Below, in pieces: positions 37,845 to 46,513 of a DNA stretch of 64,000 bases. The stretch comes from Oscillospiraceae bacterium (GTDB lineage: Bacteria > Bacillota > Clostridia > Oscillospirales > Oscillospiraceae), in NCBI GenBank assembly GCA_017461445.1, contig JAFTXW010000022.1, forward strand, positions 3,890 through 67,889, in the 5' to 3' direction. Each line of letters opens with the position of its first letter. The stretch's first letter is position 1. The notes under the pieces are model-generated. The model was not told the origin of the DNA and did not search any database. It worked only from the letters and a program-made list of their open reading frames with translations. A program made the position numbers and the translations under genes.

Positions 37845-38561
37845 ATGTCGCCTGCTTATGAGTATTCTTATATGATGGAGGAGGGCGTCAGTGCGGTGCT
37901 GTCCGGACTGTTTTCCACCATCCCTTCCGGCCTGCTGAATATTGCCGGCTATGTACTGACCGCGTTGGCCCTGTATACCCTGGCCCAGCGGCGGGGAATT
38001 AAGAACCCCTGGCTCAGCTGGATCCCTGTGGTGAATGTGTGGATCTTAGGCTCCCTGTCCGACCAGTACCGCTATGTGGTCAAGGGCGAGAATAAGTCCA
38101 AGCGGAAGTTCCTGCTGGTACTGAATATCCTTTCCGCGGTTATGACTGCCGTGATCGTGGTGGTGGCACTGGTGATGCTGGTGGATGTGATCGGCAGTAC
38201 CATGTATGGCGTGGTGAGTGAAGCGGAACTGATGGAGGCGATCTTGGGCCCTGTTGTCGGTATTGTGGGTCTGGCCCTGCCTCTGGCGGGTGTTGGCATT
38301 GCCTACATGGTCATCTACTTCATGGCACTGCATGATGTGTACGCTTCCATGGATCCTGATAACAAGGTGCTGTTCCTGGTGCTGAGCATCCTGCTCGGTG
38401 TGACGAAGCCCTTTTTCCTGTTCTTTAACCGGAACAAAGATCTGGGTATGCCTCCCAGAAAGCAGGAGCCTGTCTTTACCCCGCCCCAGGAGCCCCAGTG
38501 GCAGCCCCAGCAGCCCATCCAGGAACCCTGGGAGAACTCCGAAAATAAGGATTACCTGTAA
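37845..38561 (+). CDS. Hypothetical polytopic membrane protein with a Pro/Gln-rich C-terminal tail
   Basis: Four or five TM helices; tail 'PPRKQEPVFTPPQEPQWQPQQPIQEPW'. Confidence 0.6.
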   Translation: MSPAYEYSYMMEEGVSAVLSGLFSTIPSGLLNIAGYVLTALALYTLAQRRGIKNPWLSWIPVVNVWILGSLSDQYRYVVKGENKSKRKFLLVLNILSAVMTAVIVVVALVMLVDVIGSTMYGVVSEAELMEAILGPVVGIVGLALPLAGVGIAYMVIYFMALHDVYASMDPDNKVLFLVLSILLGVTKPFFLFFNRNKDLGMPPRKQEPVFTPPQEPQWQPQQPIQEPWENSENKDYL

Positions 38562-38567
38562 TACCCA

Positions 38568-38599
38568 CCGGAACCTCGCAAGAGGTTCCGGTCTTTTTT
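38568..38599 (+). terminator. Rho-independent terminator
   Basis: ccggaacctc-gcaa-gaggttccgg followed by tctttttt. Confidence 0.85.
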
Positions 38600-38600
38600 G

Positions 38601-38629
38601 TTGACAAATACGAACAGATGTTTTATAAT
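38601..38629 (+). promoter_or_regulatory. Consensus promoter with an embedded LexA (Cheo-type) SOS box
   Basis: TTGACA (38601-06), 17-nt spacer, TATAAT (38624-29). CGAACAGATGTTTT (38611-24) matches CGAACRNRYGTTYC at 13 of 14 positions. Confidence 0.7.
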
Positions 38630-38658
38630 AATGCCATCGAAAAAAGGAGGAATTCGCT

Positions 38659-38853
38659 ATGAATGTCTACGAAACCTGCCCCGAGGTATCCAACGACCGC
38701 TTCGTCCTTCGGCTTGTGAGGGAAAGCGACTGCGCCGACCTGCTGAAGGTATACTCCGACGAGGCGGCAGTTCCCTTGTTTAACAGCGATAACTGCAACG
38801 GAGATGCCCCCGAGGCTGCGGAGGAAGCGAAGAAAGAGCTATGCACTTTGTAA
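38659..38853 (+). pseudogene. N-terminal remnant of a GNAT-type acetyltransferase (64 codons)
   Basis: 'FVLRLVRESDCADLLKVYSDEAAVPLFNSDNCNGD' is the start of a GNAT family I recognise. It then diverges and stops, overlapping the next gene by 13 nt. Confidence 0.45.
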
Positions 38854-39707
38854 CGGCGAAGGGCATTCTGTCGGCCCAAAACGGCTTGAATCTTTACCGG
38901 GGCTGCCAGCATGGGTGCATCTACTGCGATGCCAGGAGTAAGTGCTATCAGATGGATCACATCTTTGAGGATATCGAGGTGAAGGGAAACGCCATTTCCC
39001 TGTTGGATGCCGCCCTGCGGGTCAAGCGAAAGCCCTGTATGATCGGTACCGGGGCCATGTCGGATCCTTACATGCCCCTGGAACGGAAGCTGGGAATGAC
39101 CCGAAAAATGCTGGAAACGGTGGAAAAGCACGGCTTCGGTGCAACACTGCTGACAAAGTCCGACGAAGTCCTACGGGATCTGGACATTCTGACGCGGATC
39201 AACCGCCGCACCAAGGCGGTGGTGCAGATGACCCTGACCACCTGGGACGAGGAGCTGTGCCGCATCGTGGAGCCGGGGGTGTGCACCACCGCCCACCGGG
39301 TGGCAGCATTGAAGGAATTGCAGACGGCGGGGATCCCCACGGTGGTGTGGCTGTGCCCCATTCTGCCATTTTTGAATGATACAGAGGAAAATATTCTGCG
39401 CATTGTAGGTGCCTGCGCCGACGCAGGGGTGAAGGGTATCATCCAGTTCGGTATGGGGCTGACCCTGCGGGAGGGGAACCGGGAATATTTTTACGCGAAA
39501 CTGGACAAATTCTTCCCGGGGCTGAAGGAGCGGTATGTCCGTACCTACGGCTATGCCTACGAACTGCCCAGCCCCAATGAGCGGAGATTGCTGCGGCTGT
39601 TTCACGAGACCTGTGAAGCCCGGGGCATCTGGCACGACAATGGCAAAATCTTTGCGTATCTGCATACCTTTGAGGAAAAATCGGAGCAGCTGAGTTTGTT
39701 TGAATAG
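38841..39707 (+). CDS. Radical SAM protein, SplB / COG1533 'DNA repair photolyase'-like
   Basis: 'YRGCQHGCIYCDA' CxxxCxxC cluster near the N-terminus, 'GAMSDPYMPLE', 'LTKSDEVLRDLDIL' and 'CPILPFLND'. Confidence 0.75.
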   Translation: MHFVTAKGILSAQNGLNLYRGCQHGCIYCDARSKCYQMDHIFEDIEVKGNAISLLDAALRVKRKPCMIGTGAMSDPYMPLERKLGMTRKMLETVEKHGFGATLLTKSDEVLRDLDILTRINRRTKAVVQMTLTTWDEELCRIVEPGVCTTAHRVAALKELQTAGIPTVVWLCPILPFLNDTEENILRIVGACADAGVKGIIQFGMGLTLREGNREYFYAKLDKFFPGLKERYVRTYGYAYELPSPNERRLLRLFHETCEARGIWHDNGKIFAYLHTFEEKSEQLSLFE

Positions 39708-39723
39708 AAATGGAGGCGGAAGG

Positions 39724-41244
39724 ATGACAAAGCAATATGTAGCCATCGATTTGAAATCCTTCTATGCCTCTGTGGAGTGTGTGGAACGGGGACTGGACCC
39801 GCTGACCACCAATCTGCTGGTGGCGGATGCGGGTCGGACGGAAAAGACTATCTGTCTGGCGGTGTCTCCCAGTCTCAAGGCCTACGGTATCCCCGGCCGG
39901 GCAAGGCTCTTCGAGGCGGTGCAGAAGGTGAAGGAGGCCAATGCCCTCCGCCGAAGCCACACGCCCAAGCACGAATTTACCGGGAAATCCTGGGATTCCA
40001 AGGCGTTGAAGGAGACCCCGGCTCTGGAGATCGATTACATCACCGCCCCGCCCCGAATGGCCCATTACATGGCCTACAGCGGGAAAATCTACGAGATTTA
40101 CCTCCAATTTGTGGCCCCGGAGGATATCCATGTCTATTCCATTGATGAGGTGTTCATCGATGTGACCCCCTATCTCAGAACTTACGGCATGACCGCCCGG
40201 GAATTGACTGTGGCCATGATCCGGGAGGTACTGAAGCAGACGGGCATCACGGCCACGGCGGGCATCGGCACCAATCTGTACCTGTGCAAGGTGGCCATGG
40301 ATATTGTTGCCAAGCATGTGGAGCCGGATAAGGATGGAGTGCGCATCGCGGAGCTGGATGAAATGTCCTACCGGCAGCTTCTTTGGGATCACCGGCCATT
40401 GACCGACTTCTGGCGGGTGGGCCGGGGCATTGCCCGGAAGCTGGAAAAGAACGGCATGTTCACCATGGGGGACGTGGCCCGGTGCTCTATCGGAAATCCA
40501 AACGAATTTTTCAATGAGGAGCTGCTGTATAAGCTGTTCGGCGTAAATGCGGAGCTGCTGATCGATCATGCCTGGGGCTGGGAAAGCTGCACCATCACCG
40601 ATATCAAGGCCTACCGGCCCACCACCAATTCCCTTGGTTCCGGACAGGTGCTCCACTGCGCCTATACGGCCCAAAAGGCGAAGCTGATCGTCCGGGAAAT
40701 GACAGACCTGCTGGTGCTGGATCTGGTAGACAAGGGGCTGGTGACGGATCAGATGGTGCTGACCGTCGGCTACGACATTGAAAATCTCACCGATCCGGAG
40801 ATCAGTAAGTATTACAAGGGCCCGGTGGTGACGGACCACTATGGGCGGAAAATTCCCAAGCACGCTCACGGCACTGCAAATCTGCGCCGCCAGACCTCCT
40901 CCACGGCCATCATCACCGAAGCGGTGATGGAGCTTTATGACCGGATCGTGGATCCAAACCTGCTGGTGCGCCGGGTCAATCTGGTGGCGGCCCGTATCGT
41001 GGACGAAAAAAGTGCCGCCGAAGCGGCACCCATGGAGCAGCTGGACCTGTTTTCGGACTTCGAGACAGATCAGAAGCGGCGGGAGGAAGAGGAAGCGGCC
41101 CTGCGGCGGGAAAAACGCCGCCAGCAGGCTGTGATTACCATCAAGAAAAAGTACGGCAAGAACGCCATCCTCAAGGGCATGAATCTGGAGGAGGGGGCCA
41201 CTGCCAAAGACCGCAACCGCCAGATCGGCGGACACAAAGCATGA
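39724..41244 (+). CDS. Y-family (translesion) DNA polymerase, UvrX/YqjW-like
   Basis: 'YVAIDLKSFYASVECV' catalytic N-terminus, 'YSIDEVFIDVT' and a little-finger region. I chose ATG 39724 as the start because GGAGG lies upstream. Confidence 0.85.
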   Translation: MTKQYVAIDLKSFYASVECVERGLDPLTTNLLVADAGRTEKTICLAVSPSLKAYGIPGRARLFEAVQKVKEANALRRSHTPKHEFTGKSWDSKALKETPALEIDYITAPPRMAHYMAYSGKIYEIYLQFVAPEDIHVYSIDEVFIDVTPYLRTYGMTARELTVAMIREVLKQTGITATAGIGTNLYLCKVAMDIVAKHVEPDKDGVRIAELDEMSYRQLLWDHRPLTDFWRVGRGIARKLEKNGMFTMGDVARCSIGNPNEFFNEELLYKLFGVNAELLIDHAWGWESCTITDIKAYRPTTNSLGSGQVLHCAYTAQKAKLIVREMTDLLVLDLVDKGLVTDQMVLTVGYDIENLTDPEISKYYKGPVVTDHYGRKIPKHAHGTANLRRQTSSTAIITEAVMELYDRIVDPNLLVRRVNLVAARIVDEKSAAEAAPMEQLDLFSDFETDQKRREEEEAALRREKRRQQAVITIKKKYGKNAILKGMNLEEGATAKDRNRQIGGHKA

Positions 41245-41254
41245 AGGAGCAGCC

Positions 41255-41671
41255 ATGAAGCTGAAAAACACCCACAAATACGACGACATCATCCACCTGC
41301 CCCACCCAGTGTCCCAGCGGCGCAGCCGGATGACCAATTACGACCGGGCGGCCCAGTTTTCCCCCTTCGCGGCCCTGACGGGCTACGACGCGGTGATCGA
41401 GGAGACGGCCCGACTGACGGACAGCCGTATTGAGCTGGACCAGGGAGCGGTGGAGCAGCTGAATGAGCGGCTGCTGGAAATTCGGGACAGCATATCCTCC
41501 CGCCCGCTGGTTACCCTGACCTGGTTTCGCCGGGACGAACGAAAAGCCGGCGGCGCATACATCCGCGCCACCGGCCGCGTGAAGAAAATCGACAGCTATA
41601 CCAATACCATCGTGCTGACGGACGGAACGGTGATCCCCATCCGGGAGCTGGCTGACGCGGAGCTGCTGTAA
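41255..41671 (+). CDS. YolD-like protein (UmuD-surrogate accessory of Y-family polymerases)
   Basis: 'DRAAQFSPFAALTGYD' YolD-type motif; 10 nt after the polymerase stop. Confidence 0.7.
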   Translation: MKLKNTHKYDDIIHLPHPVSQRRSRMTNYDRAAQFSPFAALTGYDAVIEETARLTDSRIELDQGAVEQLNERLLEIRDSISSRPLVTLTWFRRDERKAGGAYIRATGRVKKIDSYTNTIVLTDGTVIPIRELADAELL

Positions 41672-41803
41672 GGGAATGCCCTCCAGAATACCTGTTTCGT
41701 GCCTTCCTTCGGCCAATATCCTTGCGTTTCCCAAATGGGGTTGTTCTTTTCGAGGTTTTTCGATAGAATTCGAAAAGTAATTGAATAAAAAGGAGGTATT
41801 TCC

Positions 41804-42706
41804 ATGTCTGGGGAAATACTTGCCGCCGAAGGTTATTCTGTGCTGATGGCCGTGTACGCGGGATCCGTGCCTGGGGAGCTGCGCTCCGCTGTGGAGAGTA
41901 TGCTGGCCCAGACGCTGCCCACCGATGACTTCGTGCTGGTGTGCGACGGGCCTCTGACAGATGCGCTGGATGTTGTGATCACCTCCTTTACCTGCCAGTT
42001 TCCGGGCCTGTTTCAGATCCTGCGGCTGCCCCGGCACCGGGGGCTTGTGGCCGCGCTGAACGCGGGCCTTCCTCTGTGCCGCCATGAGTTGGTGGCTCGG
42101 ATGGACAGCGACGATATCAGCCTGCCCCACCGCTGTCAGCGGCAGGCGGACTTTTTCGCGGCCCACCCGGAGCTGCACATTCTCAGCGGCACCGTTCTGG
42201 AATTTACAGACCACACCGACAATATCACCGGGATGCGGCTGCTGCCCTCCGGTGACCGAAATATCCGCCGCTTTTCCCGAAAACGAAGTCCCTTCAACCA
42301 TCCTGCGGTAATGTACCGCAAAAGCGCGGTAGCCGCAGCGGGCGGTTACCGGGAAGACCATCCGCTATTTGAAGATTACGATCTGTGGGTCCGTATGCTG
42401 TGCGCCGGCTTTCGGGGGGAGAACCTCCGGGAGCCGCTTTTGTTTATGCGCGCCGGGCCGGGAATGTACCGCCGCCGGGGCGGTATGCGTTACGCCCGGA
42501 ATTTGCTGCGGTTCCACCGGGAACTGTGGCGCAGCGGATGGAGCGGCCCGGCGGATTATATCGCAGGAGCGGTACCCCACGCCCTGGCCTGTGTGCTTCC
42601 CACAGAACTGCTGGGGCGGGTTTACGGCCTGCTCCACCGGAAAGCCGGCAAGGATACGGAGCGTGGATACCCGGCCCTGCAGCCCTTCCGCGGGATCCCG
42701 GGCTGA
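41804..42706 (+). CDS. Family-2 glycosyltransferase
   Basis: 'YSVLMAVYAG', 'VLVCDGP' and 'ARMDSDDIS' (DxD). Confidence 0.8.
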   Translation: MSGEILAAEGYSVLMAVYAGSVPGELRSAVESMLAQTLPTDDFVLVCDGPLTDALDVVITSFTCQFPGLFQILRLPRHRGLVAALNAGLPLCRHELVARMDSDDISLPHRCQRQADFFAAHPELHILSGTVLEFTDHTDNITGMRLLPSGDRNIRRFSRKRSPFNHPAVMYRKSAVAAAGGYREDHPLFEDYDLWVRMLCAGFRGENLREPLLFMRAGPGMYRRRGGMRYARNLLRFHRELWRSGWSGPADYIAGAVPHALACVLPTELLGRVYGLLHRKAGKDTERGYPALQPFRGIPG

Positions 42707-42844
42707 TGTGTAACGGTCGCTGACGGGCCGGTGCAGGCAATGAACAATTCCTGTATCTGTTCTCTCCAAAAAAGGGACTTTCTATTGCCTTTTTCCCGAT
42801 TTTATCGTATGATGTTGGTAACTACACAAGAGGGAGCGTCGAAT

Positions 42845-43975
42845 ATGGAGCAAATGAACAAGTGGGTCAGTGTGTGGGGAAACGCCGTTTCCGTCGCTGA
42901 AAACCGTCCCGAGCGGTACGCGAAAGACATCACCATCCGCTATCCCATCCACATCCCCTTTGCCGGGAATGCCCTGCGGCTGACCTTTGACAATTACTGC
43001 GGTACCGAGCCCATTACGCTGACGAAAACCACCGTTTTCTACGGCGGACACTTCTACCCCGTTCTGTTTGGCGGTCAGCAGAGCGTCACCATCGGTACGG
43101 GGGAGCGCACTGTGTCCGATCCCCTTTCCGTCACCCTGATCGAAGGCGAGATCATTCAGGTCAGCTTCTACCTGGCGGACTTCACCCTGATGCGCAGCGT
43201 GGTCTACACCTGCGGCCCCTTGTCCGAGGGCCTCTACGCCAACGGCGACGAGACCGAGACCGCCCACATTGACCGGGAGACCTCCCGCAAGACCCACCTG
43301 TGCTACTTCCTCAGCAACGTGTCCGTGCTGACCGCCCCGGAGAACCGGGCTATCGTCTGCTACGGCGACTCCATCACCGCCCAGGACTGGCCGGACTGCC
43401 TGGCCCTGCGGTGCTTCCGGGAGGGCTACGGCAGCACCGCCATCATCCGCCGGGCCACCTCCGGCTCCCGCATCCTGCGGGAATACACCTGCCTGACCTA
43501 CGAATCCTACGGCCTCATGGGCAGCCACCGGTTCCACCACGAAGTTCCCACCGACGGTGCCGACGTGGTCATTATCCAGCAGGGCATCAATGACATCATC
43601 CATCCCGTAGGCGAAAATGTCAATGTGTTCCGCCCCATGAGCGACCTGCCTACGGTGGAGCAGCTGATCGAGGGTCTGAAAACCTACATCGCCCAGGCCC
43701 GCTCCTTTGGGCTTAAGGTCTATGTGGGAACCCTGCTCCCCATGGGTGGCTGGCGTACCGACGCCCCCTTCCGCCAGGAGATGCGCCATGCCTATAATGA
43801 ATTTATCCGCACCACCGACCTGATCGACGGCTGCATCGACTTCGACAGGGCCCTCCGGGACCCGGAGAACCCCGACTGGTTCCGGCCCCAATACGACTCC
43901 GGCGACCACCTCCACCCCAGCCCCGCAGGCTACGAGCGGATGGCAATGGAAATTCCGGCGGAACTGCTGAAATGA
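42845..43975 (+). CDS. SGNH/GDSL-family hydrolase with an N-terminal beta-sandwich domain
   Basis: Block I 'VCYGDSIT', block III 'QQGINDI', block V 'SGDHLHPS'. I chose ATG 42845 as the start. Confidence 0.75.
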   Translation: MEQMNKWVSVWGNAVSVAENRPERYAKDITIRYPIHIPFAGNALRLTFDNYCGTEPITLTKTTVFYGGHFYPVLFGGQQSVTIGTGERTVSDPLSVTLIEGEIIQVSFYLADFTLMRSVVYTCGPLSEGLYANGDETETAHIDRETSRKTHLCYFLSNVSVLTAPENRAIVCYGDSITAQDWPDCLALRCFREGYGSTAIIRRATSGSRILREYTCLTYESYGLMGSHRFHHEVPTDGADVVIIQQGINDIIHPVGENVNVFRPMSDLPTVEQLIEGLKTYIAQARSFGLKVYVGTLLPMGGWRTDAPFRQEMRHAYNEFIRTTDLIDGCIDFDRALRDPENPDWFRPQYDSGDHLHPSPAGYERMAMEIPAELLK

Positions 43976-43980
43976 AATGA

Positions 43981-44008
43981 CCCCGCTCCAGCTTGGAGCG
44001 GGGTTTAT
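43981..44008 (+). terminator. Hairpin terminator
   Basis: ccccgctcca-gct-tggagcgggg followed by tttat. Confidence 0.6.
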
Positions 44009-44015
44009 AGCGTTC

Positions 44016-44157
44016 CGCGTAGGGGCGACCCTTGCGGTCGCCCGGCGATTTGGTACAAATCGCACCGCCGAAGGCGGCAAAAACATTCCCAAATGGGGAG
44101 AGTCTTGATGCGATGCTACGCATCGCATCGGGCGACCGCTAGGGTCGCCCCTACGCG
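44016..44157. repeat. ~142-bp MITE-like element with subtype-C terminal inverted repeats
   Basis: The 29-bp arms differ at one loop base. The interior holds three short hairpins (gatttgg/caaatc, ccgccg/cggcgg, gatgcgatgc/gcatcgcatc). Confidence 0.8.
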
Positions 44158-44231
44158 AGGGCTTTCAGCGTATTGGGGTGCCAATGTATTTCTCCTGCCG
44201 CCATTTTGGGGGTTCTCCGTTGTCCCAGAAT

Positions 44232-45050
44232 TTATGAATGTCCATGCTGTTCCTCCTTATTCCGCATCGGCACATATTCCACGCCCTGCCCTTGCCGGAG
44301 CCGGGACCAATCTGGCCATAATTCGGTAATATGTGTTTCTACTTCTGCCGTATCCCATTCTTTGCTGTAACGCCACCGGGTGCACCATTCCGTCAGCTCC
44401 TGCAAGGCATACTCCGGTACATCCCGGCGCAGCCTTTCCGCGACCGCCGCCTTGTTGGAGCAGCTGGCCCCGGTAACCAGAAAATAGTCCAGCATAGCCC
44501 GGACGAGAACGGACTGAACGATCAGCCGCACCGGGAGCTGGTCATCGGGGATCGGCCGAAAGCCCCGCTCCGCTTCCAGCTGTGCCCACTTCCCGGAAAG
44601 CATTTTGAAGAAAAGAACATCCTCACGCCGGGGGTAGGAGATGGCATCCAGAATATCCTCACCCCATACCGTCAGCCCCGAATCCTTCATACGCATGATC
44701 TCAATGGGCAGTTCAATATAATCCTTGTTTTCCAAACACAGCGAAAAGTCTGTGGGATATGGAAAAAACAGGTGGCTATAGCGGTACACACACCGGGAGA
44801 TCGGAATATCCCGCTGTGTCATTGCTTCTGTTTCGCCAATCAGTGCCAGCAGTTTTCCGCGGCTTTCCGGGGCCGCATCATCCCGCAGAATATGGATCAG
44901 GTCGATATCGCTTCCGTTGTCCGCCGTATAGCTTCCATTCGTCAAGCTTCCCACCAAAACGACAGACTGTACCGCATCCTCCATGGATGCCTGAATTTTT
45001 CTCAGATGGATGCTTAGAATCTCCATGGCCCGTTCTCTGGATTTATTCAA
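44232..45050 (-). CDS. Nucleotidyltransferase, ANT(3'')/ANT(9)-like architecture (272 aa)
   Basis: 'LVGSLTNGSY...GSDIDLIHIL' Pol-beta NTase motif, plus a helical C-domain laid out like AadA ('VLVRAMLDYFLVTGASCSNKAAVAERL'). Confidence 0.6.
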   Translation of the reverse strand: MNKSRERAMEILSIHLRKIQASMEDAVQSVVLVGSLTNGSYTADNGSDIDLIHILRDDAAPESRGKLLALIGETEAMTQRDIPISRCVYRYSHLFFPYPTDFSLCLENKDYIELPIEIMRMKDSGLTVWGEDILDAISYPRREDVLFFKMLSGKWAQLEAERGFRPIPDDQLPVRLIVQSVLVRAMLDYFLVTGASCSNKAAVAERLRRDVPEYALQELTEWCTRWRYSKEWDTAEVETHITELWPDWSRLRQGQGVEYVPMRNKEEQHGHS

Positions 45051-45606
45051 GGGAATATTCCTCCTTTTCCCGAATCGCCATCTCCCAGCTTTCCGGGTAG
45101 TGCTCCCGCATGTAGGCCGCTGCGGGGCAGTCGGTTTCCAGGTAGCCCATTTTCAAGATGGTTTCCATCTCCACCTTTTTGATCCAGGCCAGTTTCTTTT
45201 CTGACAATTCTTCATAGCGGTGGATCACCAGCGTCCCCAGCCGCTCCTGTTCCAGCAGGGTGTCCAGGGCATCGGGGATGACCGTCTCCCGCAGGACGGG
45301 CACAGGCTCCGCCGACACCGCCTCGTTGGGGATGCGGGTAGTTTCTACCTGGGCGGGGGCGCACAGGTACAGGCTGGTCTGTTTTCCACGGTACAGAACT
45401 TCCAGCGCGTTGGGGAAATATTCCTCCAAATAAATTTGCCCCTCCTTCGTATAGCCGTAGGTGTACTCGAAATTGCGCACGCTGTACATCAGGGCCATGG
45501 GCAGCAGGGTCGTCATGTACACCCGGGCGGGCTTGTCAAAGCTCTCCGGCTTTCGCGGCTCCAAAACCGTCAGTCCCGCCATTGGCGAGCAGTGATAATA
45601 TTCCAT
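45043..45606 (-). CDS. Hypothetical protein (187 aa), operonic with the nucleotidyltransferase
   Basis: ATG 45606 has GGAGG upstream, and the 3' end overlaps the next gene by 8 nt. I recognise no family. Confidence 0.55.
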   Translation of the reverse strand: MEYYHCSPMAGLTVLEPRKPESFDKPARVYMTTLLPMALMYSVRNFEYTYGYTKEGQIYLEEYFPNALEVLYRGKQTSLYLCAPAQVETTRIPNEAVSAEPVPVLRETVIPDALDTLLEQERLGTLVIHRYEELSEKKLAWIKKVEMETILKMGYLETDCPAAAYMREHYPESWEMAIREKEEYSLE

Positions 45607-45737
45607 GTTCTCCGCCTCCTTTGCCCTTATTCTACGGCCAAACGGGCCATACATCAAGTCTTGAAAAAATGTTGGTTTTCTGCTATAATATTATTGGGCT
45701 AAAGGAGTGATCCTTTGGCCTTTTCTTGAATATTTCC

Positions 45738-45768
45738 GCGTAGGACGACCGCACGGATCGCCCTACGC
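45738..45768. repeat. Degenerate or condensed subtype-C hairpin
   Basis: gcgtaggacgaccgcacggatcgccctacgc. Confidence 0.6.
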
Positions 45769-45837
45769 AATATGCCGTAAAATCCTCTGGCTTTTTTGTT
45801 TCTTTGCGGTATAATGGAAGAAAAAGGAGGGATTTCC

Positions 45838-46503
45838 ATGAAACTTTTATTAAACGCACTGGTCAAATTTGCCCTTGGTCTCCTGATGGTAGGCCTGCTT
45901 CTGTTCCTGCCAGCGGGCACGCTCCATTACCCCGGCGGCTGGCGGTTCTGCGGGCTGCTGTTTCTGCCCATGCTGGTGCTGGGGGCCGTGCTGTTTCTGA
46001 AAGCCCCGGGGCTGCTGAAAAAGCGGCTGAACCACAAGGAAACGGAAACCGACCAAAAGCAGGTCATCGGCGCGTCTCTTATCATGTTCGTGGGCGGCTT
46101 TGTACTGGCGGGGCTGGATTTCCGTTTCGGCTGGACCCAGGTTCCCGGCTGGCTGGTGGCAGCCGCGTCAGTCATTTTGCTGGTATCCTACGGTCTTTAC
46201 GCCGAGGTCATGCGGGAGAACGCCTACCTGTCCCGCACCGTGGAGGTCCAGGAGGGCCAGAAGGTCGTGGACACAGGACTGTATGCCATCGTCCGCCATC
46301 CCATGTACTTTGCCAGCACATTGCTTTTCCTGTCCATCCCCCTGGTGCTGGGCAGCTGGATCGCCTTCGGGGTATTTCTGATCTATCCCTTGCTGATGGT
46401 AAAGCGAATCCGCAATGAGGAGGCCGTTCTGGAAGCCGGCCTTCCCGGCTACCGGGAATACAAGCAGAAGGTCAGATACCGCCTGCTCCCCTTTATCTGG
46501 TGA
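45838..46503 (+). CDS. ICMT / phospholipid-methyltransferase-family membrane protein
   Basis: 'VDTGLYAIVRHPMY' and 'RIRNEEAVLEAGLPGYREYKQKVRYRLLP'. Confidence 0.75.
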   Translation: MKLLLNALVKFALGLLMVGLLLFLPAGTLHYPGGWRFCGLLFLPMLVLGAVLFLKAPGLLKKRLNHKETETDQKQVIGASLIMFVGGFVLAGLDFRFGWTQVPGWLVAAASVILLVSYGLYAEVMRENAYLSRTVEVQEGQKVVDTGLYAIVRHPMYFASTLLFLSIPLVLGSWIAFGVFLIYPLLMVKRIRNEEAVLEAGLPGYREYKQKVRYRLLPFIW

Positions 46504-46513
46504 GGATACTTTT

